From an uncultured Eubacteriales bacterium (GTDB taxonomy: Bacteria; Bacillota; Clostridia; Oscillospirales; Oscillospiraceae): a stretch of DNA of 64,000 nt. The DNA is taken from assembly GCA_900315595.1 (NCBI GenBank), contig OMZQ01000001.1, positions 111,775 to 175,774 of the forward strand, read 5' to 3'. Of the stretch, positions 1 to 9,200 are shown one piece after another. The stretch's first letter is position 1, and every line of letters starts with the position of its first letter. Position numbers and translations under genes: made by a program. Below the pieces are notes generated by a model. The model saw only the letters and a program-made list of their open reading frames with translations. It was not told the origin of the DNA and made no database searches.

Positions 1-960
1 GACGAGGCGGGTGTAGAGGATCGGAAAGGCGGTTTCCAGGCCGACGATCCCAAAGGGGCTGCCCTTGAGACCGCGAGCTTTTTCTTCCGGACTGTGCGGC
101 GCGTGATCGGTGGCGATGACCTCGATCGTGCCGTCCAGAACGCCCTCGATGAGGGCTTCCCGGTCCTCCGGCGCGCGCAGCGGCGGGTTCATTTTGAAGC
201 GCCCGTCCTCTTGAAGATCGCGTTCGTCCAGCGTCAGATAGTGCGGCGCGGTCTCACAGCTCACGTCCACGCCCGTGCGCTTTGCTTGCCGGATCAGATC
301 CACGCTTTCCTTGCAGGAAATATGGCAGACGTGATAGCCGCAGCCGGTTTTCGCGGCAAGGTTGAGATCTCGCTCGATCTGACGCCATTCGCTCTCGGAG
401 CAAATGCCCGCGTGACCGTGCGCCCTTGCATAAGCGCCGTCATGGATATAGCCGCCGCGGAGCAGCTCGTTGACCTCACAGTGGGCCACGATCAGCTTTC
501 CGAGCTGCTTTGCCAGACGCATTGCGGCCTCCATCCGGTCGTCCTGCTGAACGCCGTGACCGTCGTCGGAGAAGGCGCAGACGCGCGGGGCCAGGGCGGC
601 GAAATCCGCCAGCTTCTCCCCTTTTTCGCCGACGGTGATCGCGCCGTACGGATAGACGTGGATCACGGCGTCTCTGGCGATCAGAGCCTCCTGCGCGGAC
701 AGATGAGCAATGCAATCCGGCACGGGATCCAGATTCGGCATGGTGCAGACGGCGGTATAGCCGCCGCGGGCCGCAGCTCTGGTTCCGGTGACGATGGTCT
801 CTTTATAAGAAAAGCCCGGCTCGCGAAAATGCACGTGCAAATCGCAAAAGCCGGGAAAAACGCTATAGTTATGAAAAGCAGGCAGAGCCCCCTTTTTCTT
901 GAGAGCGGAAACGTCGCAGGCCGCACGGGCAAGTTCGATTTGTGTTCTGAGGTCGATCAT
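1..960 (-). CDS. pyrC: Dihydroorotase (3' end cut by window edge)
   Basis: Absent from the ORF track because it has no stop inside the window; read by hand. ATG at 960-958 follows a GGAGGA RBS. Translation MIDLRTQIELARAAC...FPGFCDLHVHFREPG...VIATDHAPH carries the dihydroorotase HxH metal site and the DHAPH motif. The plus-strand ORF 94-1008 is its antisense shadow. Confidence 0.9.
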   Translation of the reverse strand, partial: MIDLRTQIELARAACDVSALKKKGALPAFHNYSVFPGFCDLHVHFREPGFSYKETIVTGTRAAARGGYTAVCTMPNLDPVPDCIAHLSAQEALIARDAVIHVYPYGAITVGEKGEKLADFAALAPRVCAFSDDGHGVQQDDRMEAAMRLAKQLGKLIVAHCEVNELLRGGYIHDGAYARAHGHAGICSESEWRQIERDLNLAAKTGCGYHVCHISCKESVDLIRQAKRTGVDVSCETAPHYLTLDERDLQEDGRFKMNPPLRAPEDREALIEGVLDGTIEVIATDHAPHSPEEKARGLKGSPFGIVGLETAFPILYTRLV

Positions 961-1196
961 GCTATGTCCTCCATTCGCGGTCGGCGGCTCACGTCGATCC
1001 TATTGTAAACGGAACAGGTGGGAATTGTCAAGCGGCAAGAAGCCGCGGCGGAAATCTTTGTAGAATTCGCTGTTTGCAATCGATACCAATCGCAGAAAAA
1101 GCGACAATTCGCCCGAAAAGTGCGGAGCGTAAGAAACGGTGAAAACAGGATCGGGCCTGCGCTCCGGGCAGTCAGCCGGGAGCGCAGGCCTTACGA

Positions 1197-2702
1197 CTAT
1201 TTGATGGTGGTGCTGGTATCCTTCTGAATCACGTCATGCGCGCCGCCCTCGACGATGCTCGTGGCGGAAACCAGGGTCAGCTTGGCCTTGTCCTGGAATT
1301 CGGGAATGGTCAGAGCGCCGCAGTTGCACATCGTGGATTTGACCTTGCTGAGCGTCACGGCAACGTTGTCCTTGAGGGAGCCGGCATAGGGCACGTAAGA
1401 ATCCACGCCCTCAACGAAGGAGAGCTTCTTATCGCCGCCCAGGTCGTAGCGCTGCCAGTTTCTGGCGCGGGCAGAGCCCTCGCCCCAATACTCTTTGTAG
1501 TAAGTACCCTGAATGCTGACTTTGTTGGAGGGGCTTTCATCAAAGCGGGCAAAGTAACGGCCCAGCATGATGAAGTCCGCGCCCATCGCCAGAGCAAGGG
1601 TGATATGGTGGTCGTAAACGATGCCGCCGTCAGAGCAGACGGGAACGTAGACGCCGGTTTCGCGGTAATACTCGTCTCTGGCCTTGCATACCTCGATCAG
1701 AGCGGTTGCCTGTCCTCTGCCGATGCCCTTGGTCTCACGGGTGATGCAGATCGAGCCGCCGCCGATGCCGACCTTGACAAAGTCCGCACCGCAATCAGCG
1801 AGGAAGCGGAAACCGTCGGCGTCCACGACGTTGCCTGCGCCGACCTTGACGGCGTCGCCATAGCGCTCGCGGATCCAGGCAAGCGTTCGTTTCTGCCATT
1901 CGGAGAAGCCCTCGGAGGAGTCGATGCAGAGCACGTCAGCGCCGGCCTCGATCAGGGCGGGCACGCGCTCGGTATAGTCGCGGGTGTTGATACCGGCGCC
2001 GACCACGTAGCGCTTATGGGAGTCCAGAAGCTCGTTGGTGTTCTGCTTGTGAGAGTCGTAGTCCTTGCGGAAGACAAAGTAGCAAAGCCGCCCGTCCTTG
2101 TCTACGATGGGCAGGGAGTTGAGCTTGTGATCCCAGATAATATCGTTTGCTTCCTTGAGCGTCGTGCCCTCGGGCGCGCTGATGAGCTTGGATAACGGCG
2201 TCATGAAGGTCTCGACCTTCGTCTCCGGCCCCATGCGGCTGACGCGATAGTCGCGGCTGGTGACGATGCCGACGAGCTTGCCGTCCATCGTACCGTCCGC
2301 CGTGACGGCGATCGTGGAATGGCCCGTGCGCCGGGTCAGCTCGATCACGTCGGCAAGCGTATCCTCGGGGCTGACGTTGGAATCGCTGCGAACAAAGCCA
2401 GCTTTATAATCCTTGGCGCGCTTGACCATCGCAGCTTCGTCGTCGATGGACTGAGAGCCGTAGATGAACGAGACGCCGCCCTGGGTGGCAAGGGCAACCG
2501 CCATCCGGTCGTCCGAAACGGCCTGCATGATTGCGGAAACCAGCGGAATGTTCAGATGGATCGCGGGCTCCTCTCCCCTGCGGTATTTGACCAGCGGGGT
2601 TTGAAGATTCACGTTGGCCGGGATGCAGTCAGCCGAGGAATACCCGGGAATGAGCAGATACTCATTGAAGGTACGGGACGGTTCCGAGATAAACGTTGCC
2701 AT
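1197..2702 (-). CDS. guaB: IMP dehydrogenase family protein with CBS pair
   Basis: 501 aa. IMPDH/GMPR barrel with an inserted CBS pair (GIVTSRDYR..., [10 protein letters not shown]) and catalytic loop [21 protein letters not shown] precedes ATG 2702. Confidence 0.85.
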   Translation of the reverse strand: MATFISEPSRTFNEYLLIPGYSSADCIPANVNLQTPLVKYRRGEEPAIHLNIPLVSAIMQAVSDDRMAVALATQGGVSFIYGSQSIDDEAAMVKRAKDYKAGFVRSDSNVSPEDTLADVIELTRRTGHSTIAVTADGTMDGKLVGIVTSRDYRVSRMGPETKVETFMTPLSKLISAPEGTTLKEANDIIWDHKLNSLPIVDKDGRLCYFVFRKDYDSHKQNTNELLDSHKRYVVGAGINTRDYTERVPALIEAGADVLCIDSSEGFSEWQKRTLAWIRERYGDAVKVGAGNVVDADGFRFLADCGADFVKVGIGGGSICITRETKGIGRGQATALIEVCKARDEYYRETGVYVPVCSDGGIVYDHHITLALAMGADFIMLGRYFARFDESPSNKVSIQGTYYKEYWGEGSARARNWQRYDLGGDKKLSFVEGVDSYVPYAGSLKDNVAVTLSKVKSTMCNCGALTIPEFQDKAKLTLVSATSIVEGGAHDVIQKDTSTTIK

Positions 2703-2803
2703 GCTTTTTTCTCCTTTTTATAAAATATGTTGGATTATATTGGACAATGGGCGAACAATGTGCTATGATAGATACGGATCATCCGGAAAAGGAGTGAGGT
2801 CCG

Positions 2804-3646
2804 ATGTCAGACGGAACACGTTCTGCGGAAGCGCTGCAAAAGCTTGCAAAGCACGCGCCGCCGGAAGCATTTGAGCAAGAATATGAGAAGCTCCTGCGGA
2901 ACCATCCGTTCCGGGCGGAACTGATCGGGAGCGAAAACCCATACACGGGGCGGGAGATCGCTTCCGAGACGGATTATCGCGGTTTTCTGCGGGAATGCGC
3001 CTACGCCTCCCTTTTGGAACGGGCTGAACGGCAGGCGGAAAACGGAAGGAAAGCGGATCGCCAGCTTGAGCGCCGCGAAAAAGAAGCGACACAGGCAGCC
3101 GAGGAAGCCCGGATGCTGCAGGCCGAGGCAGACAAACGCAGCGACGCGTTCCGCGCCGAACGGGACAAGGCCGTTCGGGCCAGGCGGGAGACAAGGATCG
3201 GTCTGATCGGGCTGGCTGCGGCACTGCTGATCTTCGCAGCGATCTTCTTGCCGCGTCTGGAGCGGACCGCGTATCAGAAGGGCTTTACCGCCGCACAGAC
3301 GGAGACGGAGCCGGTCAGGGCCGACCAAACGGCGGATCCCGAGGCTGTCTATCAGTCCGCATACGCCGCCGGTTTTGCCGCCGGGAAAAAGGAATCCGAA
3401 GACGCCGTGCGCGCTTCCGCACCGACGGAACCGGAGACGGAGCAGGCAGCGCCCGAGACGGTCGAGGAGACCCGGCCCGCAGAGGAAACGGGTGAGGAGA
3501 TCACCTACATCGGCAATCTGAACAGCCACATTTTCCACCGCTCAGACTGCAAGAACCTTCCAGCGGAGAAAAACAGGATCACGTTTGACTCCAGAGAGCA
3601 GGCCGAAGAGTACGGCTACACACCTTGCAGCAACTGCAATCCCTGA
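2804..3646 (+). CDS. Hypothetical single-pass membrane protein with C-terminal Ada-like zinc motif
   Basis: 280 aa with a GGAGTGAGG RBS. Charged coiled-coil N-terminal part, one TM (IGLIGLAAALLIFAAIFL), acidic linker, and a C-terminal FHRSDC...PCSNC motif resembling the Ada metal-binding domain. Confidence 0.6.
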   Translation: MSDGTRSAEALQKLAKHAPPEAFEQEYEKLLRNHPFRAELIGSENPYTGREIASETDYRGFLRECAYASLLERAERQAENGRKADRQLERREKEATQAAEEARMLQAEADKRSDAFRAERDKAVRARRETRIGLIGLAAALLIFAAIFLPRLERTAYQKGFTAAQTETEPVRADQTADPEAVYQSAYAAGFAAGKKESEDAVRASAPTEPETEQAAPETVEETRPAEETGEEITYIGNLNSHIFHRSDCKNLPAEKNRITFDSREQAEEYGYTPCSNCNP

Positions 3647-3704
3647 TTATAGCACCGCACTCGTCCAGAGCGAATCCGCTCCGGACGGGTGCGTTCGTTT
3701 TTGC

Positions 3705-4493
3705 CTACCAGGCGCCCAAATAGCCAATGGTAACGGCGGAATTTTCAGAACCGGCCCGCATGCATTCGGGCATGGATTTCCCGGCAAGACGGGCAAGGAG
3801 GAAGCCTGCGATATAGCTGTCGCCTGCGCCGAGGGTATCGACGACCACACAGTCGATGGCGTCCTGGTGATAGAAGGTCTCGCCATCCCAGGCCATGCTG
3901 CCCTTGGGACCGCGCATCGCAACGACCACAGAGGGTCCCTTCGCGGCAATGCCGCGCATGATCTCCCGGAGCTGGGATTCATCGGCGGAGTCGTCGGAGA
4001 AAAAGGCGATGTCAACGTTCGGCAGAGCCGTCTGACAGACGGGGGCAAAGGGAAGATCGGCACAGTCAAAGGCGACGGGAACGCCCATTGCCTGAATACG
4101 CCCAAGTTCCTTTTCGCAGGTGCCCCAGACGGCGGAGACCGCAAAATCATGCTCTGCGATGAACGCAAAATCCTCCTCCCGCAGGGAGAAGTCCGTCATA
4201 GCACCGGCGTCATAGGAAACAAAGACGCGGTTGCCGTTTTCCATTCGGACGTGGGTATTGGGCGTGGGGCCGTCCAGAATCTGAACGTGGCTCACGTCCA
4301 CGCCGCGCGATTCCAGCTCCGTGCGGACAAGGGTGCCGTCCTCGTCGTTTCCGACGCCGCCGATAAAGGAGGCCTCGCTGCCCAGTCGGCGTGCATAGAC
4401 GGCAAAATTGACCGGGTTTCCCCCGACAAATTTCAGATCCTGGCTGTCGTAGTAGTCCACACAGCTATCACCGATACAGGCAAGTCGATTCAT
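3705..4493 (-). CDS. PfkB-family sugar kinase, fructoselysine 6-kinase (FrlD)-like
   Basis: 262 aa, collinear by eye with E. coli FrlD as I recall it: N-terminal IGDxCVD, GGNxVNxAVY, C-terminal DTxGAGDSxIAGFL ... YxGAW end. Confidence 0.8.
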   Translation of the reverse strand: MNRLACIGDSCVDYYDSQDLKFVGGNPVNFAVYARRLGSEASFIGGVGNDEDGTLVRTELESRGVDVSHVQILDGPTPNTHVRMENGNRVFVSYDAGAMTDFSLREEDFAFIAEHDFAVSAVWGTCEKELGRIQAMGVPVAFDCADLPFAPVCQTALPNVDIAFFSDDSADESQLREIMRGIAAKGPSVVVAMRGPKGSMAWDGETFYHQDAIDCVVVDTLGAGDSYIAGFLLARLAGKSMPECMRAGSENSAVTIGYLGAW

Positions 4494-4595
4494 ACTCTGC
4501 GCCTCACTTCTCGTTTGTTTTTCAAGCAGACAACGTCAAAGATGAATAATTTTTGCTATTGTAACGCATGACCGGAGATTTGTCAATCCAAAAAA

Positions 4596-5579
4596 TCACT
4601 CGCCGGCGCCGATTTCCGTGATTTCATCCTCCACCAGACCGTCGCGGGCGAGCATCTGCCGCATAACGGCAACGTCGGCGGAGATATCGACCAGGTCGGA
4701 TTCAAACAGCTTCTCGATCTGACGCTCGCTGCCGGCGATCAGATCGTCCAATACGCTGCAGATTCCGGCGCGGGTTTTCGCCGCGTAGGCGGGATCAAAC
4801 CGACGGTCCTCGATCCGGGCATAGCTACCCAGGGTTTTGAGCGCAGTGGGCAGATAGTAATTCAGAAACCGATCGATCTTCTCTTCTTTTTCCGGCGCCT
4901 GCTCCAGAATGCTGAACATGCGCCGCGTCTGCTCCTCCAGCCGGTCGATTTTTTCAGAGATTTCCCGGTCGGCAATTCGATCATTTGCGTCCCGGATCTC
5001 ACGCAGAAGCTGCTCGCTGCGGGAGACCGTCTTCGGCTCGCTTTTCGCTTCTTCCGGCCTGGGCGGGATCTGCGGTTTTCTCTCCAGCTTCGGATCGTAA
5101 TCGGTCAGCATCAGCATATCCGTTCGATGATCGACCCAGCCCTTGGAATAGACGCCGAGGGAGATCAGCTCCGTCAGGTCCTTCTCGACCTGGTCGTGGT
5201 CGATCCCGGTTACGGAGCAGAACTCCGTCAGCGGGATACTGTCACGAACGGTATCGTGGCTGATATGGAGGTACTGGATGAAGCGCAGACGCTTTTTTCG
5301 GTTACGGATACCGCGTACGACCAGAAGAACAGAAAGAAGAAGCGCGGGCAGGACCAGAAACGTTGCAAAGGGGTGATCCGCAGCATCCCCGGAAAAGAAG
5401 GCGGACAGGCCCGGGATCGCGCACGCCGCAAAAACAACGGATGAGATCAGCCACGGCTCGATGCTGCCGCCGGGCAGCTTATTGAGCATGCTTTTTTTCA
5501 CGCCCGGCGTTCTGGCGTTCCGTTTGACTGCCGGCTTTTTTTCCGACGAGGGCTTCTTCTCCGAAGCAGCCTTTTCCAT
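4596..5579 (-). CDS. XpaC-like (5-bromo-4-chloroindolyl phosphate hydrolysis protein family) membrane protein
   Basis: 327 aa. Lys-rich N-terminus, two TM helices, and a C-terminal helical region with FLNYYLPTALKTLGSY typical of the XpaC/PF10112 family. GGAAGGGGG RBS. Confidence 0.5.
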   Translation of the reverse strand: MEKAASEKKPSSEKKPAVKRNARTPGVKKSMLNKLPGGSIEPWLISSVVFAACAIPGLSAFFSGDAADHPFATFLVLPALLLSVLLVVRGIRNRKKRLRFIQYLHISHDTVRDSIPLTEFCSVTGIDHDQVEKDLTELISLGVYSKGWVDHRTDMLMLTDYDPKLERKPQIPPRPEEAKSEPKTVSRSEQLLREIRDANDRIADREISEKIDRLEEQTRRMFSILEQAPEKEEKIDRFLNYYLPTALKTLGSYARIEDRRFDPAYAAKTRAGICSVLDDLIAGSERQIEKLFESDLVDISADVAVMRQMLARDGLVEDEITEIGAGE

Positions 5580-5656
5580 CTTGCGACCCCCTTCCCCGTT
5601 TTTTTCTATTATAATTCAGATATACAGAAAATGCAACCGTTATTCTGCAAAAAACC

Positions 5657-5692
5657 GAATCCGCCAGAATCATCTTGCCATCCGGCGGATTC
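5657..5692. promoter_or_regulatory. Inverted repeat GAATCCGCC-N18-GGCGGATTC bracketing the -35 box of the GH31 promoter (candidate operator)
   Basis: Perfect 9-bp arms at 5657-5665 and 5684-5692. No upstream plus-strand gene that it could terminate. Confidence 0.3.
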
Positions 5693-5703
5693 TATGTTAA
5701 GAT
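5675..5703 (+). promoter_or_regulatory. Sigma-70-like promoter of the GH31/GPH operon
   Basis: TTGCCA (5675-5680), 17-nt spacer, TAAGAT (5698-5703), about 30 nt upstream of ATG 5734. Confidence 0.45.
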
Positions 5704-5733
5704 ACAATTAACAGAATCGGAAGGAGGTTTTCT

Positions 5734-7719
5734 ATGCCCCAATCTCAAGTTCAAACCGGCGAATGGACCCTGTCCGCCGACCGGGAAATGCTTCTGCTGC
5801 ACAATTCCGATTTTCCGTTTGCCACTGCCCTGCGCCGGGAAAAGTCCTATTCCGTAAACCGCGGCACCGTGAAGGAGACCGTCCGCGAGGTCGAGCGTAT
5901 TCCGCTGACCGAGGTATCCGCGGAGCAGGGTTCCGTCGTGCTCTCCGGCGGCGGTCACAGTCTGCGCGTCGTGCTCCGGACGGAGGACCTCGGCTTTCGT
6001 CTTTGTCTGACCGGAGAGGCCGGCTGGGGCTATGAATTCCGCCTGCCTGCCCGGAACGGAGAGGCCGTTTTCGGCGGGGGCGAACAGTACCGGCAGGTCA
6101 ATCTGCGCGGCGAGCAGGTCGTGAACCTGGTCTCCGAACACATTCAGGCGACCACCGTTCTTCAAAAAGCCCTTTTGCCGCGTGCGCTGTACCGGGAAAA
6201 GCCCCATGGAAAAATCGGCTCTTATGCGCCGTTGCCTGTCTTTGTAACAGATCGGGGGCGGCTGATCCGCTTTGATGCAGACAGCGACGGCATCACCTTT
6301 TTCGGGCGCGACGCCTACGTCTTTACCTTCGACCGCTGCCCGCGCGAGCTTTTGCTGTTGAAGGCCGACCGCTTCGAGCCCCTGACCGCCGCGCTGACGA
6401 AGGAAGCGCCGAACCGCCAGTATCTGCCCGACTGGTGCATGGACGGCATGATCCTGGGCGTGCAGGGCGGGACGCAGACGGTTCTGGACAAGGCCTTTGC
6501 CATGCAGGACGCCGGCGCGAAGATCTCCGCCGTCTGGTGCCAGGACTGGTCCGGCGAGAACCGGACCGTGATGGGCAAACAGGTCTGGTGGAACTGGGAG
6601 GTTCATGAGGGCCTGTATCCGGATCTCCGTGAGGCGATCCGGCGGCTGAACGAACGCGGGATCAGATTCCTGGCCTATATCAATCCCTATCTGGTCAAGG
6701 ACTGCCGCCTGTACGAACTGTGCAGAGATCGCGGCTGGCTGATCACACGCAAGGACGGGACCGTCTATCACATCAAGTCCACGACCTTTGACGCGGGCAT
6801 GCTCGATCTGACGAATCCGGAGGTCGTGACCTTCATCAAGGATGAGCTGATCAAAAAGAACATGCTCGACCTCGGAATCTCCGGTTGGATGGCGGACTTC
6901 GGCGAGTATCTGCCCGTGGACTGCGTCCTGCACGACGGCGATCCCGCACTGCTTCACAACCGCTGGCCGGTCCTGTGGGCAAAGCTCAACCGCGAGGCCA
7001 TCGAGGAAGCGGGGGCCTCCGACGCATTCTTCTTCATGCGCTCAGGCTATCTGGGGATCCAGACCTACGCCCCGATCCTCTGGAACGGCGACCAGCACAC
7101 CGACTTCACGAAGGATTACGGAATGCCCTGCGTGATGCCGGCCAGCTTCTCGCTCGGCTTCTCTGGGGTCCCGCTGATCCACAGCGACGTAGGCGGTTTC
7201 TTTTCCTTCGGCAAACTAAAGCGAAACGACGAGCTGTTCATCCGCTGGATGGAGATGTGCGCCTTTTCCCTGCTCATGCGCAGTCACGAATCCCTGCGCC
7301 CCTGGGCAAACAGCCAGTTTGACGCGCCTGCCGTCAAGCCTCACACGGTTCGCCTGACCACGGTCCACACGCGGCTCAAGCCTTATCTTCTGCATCTGCT
7401 GGACCAGGCAAAGGACGGAACGCCCGCTCTGCGTCCCGATTTCTGGGCGGAAACAGACTTCTCCGCAAGCCGGGATCCCTACAGCTACTTCCTGGGCGAC
7501 GACCTGTTCGTCTGTCCGGTCATCGAGCGTAAGGCTCAGCGGCGGAAGGTCTTTCTGCCAAAGGGCGATTGGGTCTACTTCTGGTCTGAGCGCGAGTACG
7601 CCGGCGGTCGGAATTATGACGTTCCCGCCCCGCTCGGAAGGCTCCCGGTCTTTTATCGCAAAAACAGCTCCTATGCAGACGTATTCCGCTATGCGGCAAG
7701 TAAACAGAAAGAAGCGTGA
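5734..7719 (+). CDS. GH31 alpha-glycosidase of the YihQ clade (not a canonical sulfoquinovosidase)
   Basis: 661 aa with a GGAAGGAGG RBS. Collinear with E. coli YihQ as I recall it (QDWSG..., FLAYINPY, GWMADFGEYLP nucleophile region, WNGDQ acid/base region, HSDVGG). The YihQ R301 and Y508 equivalents are Q283 and F489. Confidence 0.85.
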   Translation: MPQSQVQTGEWTLSADREMLLLHNSDFPFATALRREKSYSVNRGTVKETVREVERIPLTEVSAEQGSVVLSGGGHSLRVVLRTEDLGFRLCLTGEAGWGYEFRLPARNGEAVFGGGEQYRQVNLRGEQVVNLVSEHIQATTVLQKALLPRALYREKPHGKIGSYAPLPVFVTDRGRLIRFDADSDGITFFGRDAYVFTFDRCPRELLLLKADRFEPLTAALTKEAPNRQYLPDWCMDGMILGVQGGTQTVLDKAFAMQDAGAKISAVWCQDWSGENRTVMGKQVWWNWEVHEGLYPDLREAIRRLNERGIRFLAYINPYLVKDCRLYELCRDRGWLITRKDGTVYHIKSTTFDAGMLDLTNPEVVTFIKDELIKKNMLDLGISGWMADFGEYLPVDCVLHDGDPALLHNRWPVLWAKLNREAIEEAGASDAFFFMRSGYLGIQTYAPILWNGDQHTDFTKDYGMPCVMPASFSLGFSGVPLIHSDVGGFFSFGKLKRNDELFIRWMEMCAFSLLMRSHESLRPWANSQFDAPAVKPHTVRLTTVHTRLKPYLLHLLDQAKDGTPALRPDFWAETDFSASRDPYSYFLGDDLFVCPVIERKAQRRKVFLPKGDWVYFWSEREYAGGRNYDVPAPLGRLPVFYRKNSSYADVFRYAASKQKEA

Positions 7720-7725
7720 GTGATT

Positions 7726-9138
7726 ATGAGTACAAAAGGTTCCTACATCTCCCGGACCAGCGGGATCGGGATCAAGGATAAGCTCGGCTATGCCTTCGGC
7801 GACCTGGCCTCCTGTCTGGTCTTCGGTCTGACGCAGAGCGTCCTGAACAAGTACTACACAGACGTTCTGGAGATCAGCGTTCTGCACGTGCTGATCATGA
7901 CGGTCATCGCACGGATCTGGGATGCGATCAACGACCCGATCTGGGGACGGATCATCGACCGCGCCGGACGCAAGGCCGACGGACGCTACCGCCGCTGGAT
8001 CAAGTACTTTTCCCTGCCCGTGGCTTTGGCCGCCGTCCTGATGTTCCTTGACGTTCGCGGCTTTGCAAGCACCGGCAAGCTGGTCTGGATCTACGCGACC
8101 TATATCCTGTTCGGCATGCTCTATACCTGCATCAATATCCCCTACGGCTCCATGGCACAGGTCATCACCTCGGACGACAAGGAGCGCTCTTCTCTTTCGG
8201 TCTTCCGTTCCATCGGCTCCACCTTCGGCGCGATGCCTGCAATGGTCCTCGCTTCCATCTGCTACGTGACGGTGGACGGCGCGAAGCGGATGGACTACAC
8301 CCGCGTCTTCATCGGCGCATGCGTGATCGCGGTGCTTGCCGTGGTGTTCTATCTGCTCTGCTACCGCTGGACGAAGGAGCGCGTGATCTCCGATCCCGCG
8401 CCGAAGCAGAAGGGACAATCCGGGAAGGTCGTCAAGACCCTTCTCAAGAGTCGTCCGTTCCTTGCCGTCTCTCTGGCCTCCATGCTCTTCCTGGCGGCTC
8501 AAATGTTTGGACAGGGGTATAACACCTATCTGTTTGACCACTTCTTCCACAAGCCCGGTCTGACGATGCTCCCCACCGTCTTTCAGTATCTCCCCGTCGC
8601 TGTTGTGATGTTCTTCGCCACGAAACTCGGCAACAAGTTCGGACGCCGCGAGGTCTGCTCCCTTGGCGTCCTGATCGCAGCCGCATTTTATCTGATCCTG
8701 TTCGTCCTGGCGCTGTTCGGCGTCGTGAACGTCTGGCTTTATCTGCTTGCAAACCTGATGGCCGGTATCGGAACGGCCTTCCTCTTCCTCCTGGTCTGGG
8801 TGCTGGCGACCGACGCGATCGACTACAATAAGGTCAATTACGGCCTCAATGACGAAGCCACGAGCTACGCCTTCTACACCTTCATGCGGAAGCTCGGCCA
8901 GACCGTTGCGACGATCCTGATCAACGTGCCTCTGCTCCGAATCGGCTACAACGGCAGCCAGCTCAAGACCGAGGCGCTGAGCGATTCGGCGCTCAAGACC
9001 ATGTACAACGACTCCGTCATGATCCCCGCCGTCCTGTTCCTCCTGGTCTGGGTCCTGCTCCGCTTCGTTTATCCGCTGAGCAAAAAGCGCGTAACCGAGC
9101 TCCAGGTACAGAAGGAGCGGCTGTTCGGCAAAGAATAA
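7726..9138 (+). CDS. Glycoside-pentoside-hexuronide (GPH/MelB/YihO-like) cation symporter
   Basis: About 470 aa, 12-TM profile, N-terminal GYAFGDLA...NDPIWGRIIDR motif of the GPH family. Starts 1-7 nt after the GH31 stop (GTG 7720 or ATG 7726). Confidence 0.85.
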   Translation: MSTKGSYISRTSGIGIKDKLGYAFGDLASCLVFGLTQSVLNKYYTDVLEISVLHVLIMTVIARIWDAINDPIWGRIIDRAGRKADGRYRRWIKYFSLPVALAAVLMFLDVRGFASTGKLVWIYATYILFGMLYTCINIPYGSMAQVITSDDKERSSLSVFRSIGSTFGAMPAMVLASICYVTVDGAKRMDYTRVFIGACVIAVLAVVFYLLCYRWTKERVISDPAPKQKGQSGKVVKTLLKSRPFLAVSLASMLFLAAQMFGQGYNTYLFDHFFHKPGLTMLPTVFQYLPVAVVMFFATKLGNKFGRREVCSLGVLIAAAFYLILFVLALFGVVNVWLYLLANLMAGIGTAFLFLLVWVLATDAIDYNKVNYGLNDEATSYAFYTFMRKLGQTVATILINVPLLRIGYNGSQLKTEALSDSALKTMYNDSVMIPAVLFLLVWVLLRFVYPLSKKRVTELQVQKERLFGKE

Positions 9139-9156
9139 TCCCGCCTCAATAAACTT

Positions 9157-9184
9157 ACGGTGCAGTCCGTTCGGGCTGCACCGT
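9157..9184. terminator. Hairpin between convergent GPH and ABC permease genes
   Basis: ACGGTGCAG-N10-CTGCACCGT, a 9-bp stem in the 62-nt gap between the stops at 9138 and 9201. Confidence 0.5.
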
Positions 9185-9200
9185 ATTGCTTTACAGGTCG

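Noticed and set aside
94-1008. 304-aa plus-strand ORF at the left edge
   Set aside because: It is the antisense shadow of dihydroorotase. The minus strand reads a clean pyrC with HxH and DHAPH motifs and an RBS, whereas the plus ORF is Arg/Gly/Ala/Val-rich with no RBS.
5734-7719. Calling the GH31 a sulfoquinovosidase (YihQ)
   Set aside because: Overall similarity is high, but the residues equivalent to R301 and Y508 read Q and F. I therefore call only a YihQ-clade GH31 of unknown specificity.
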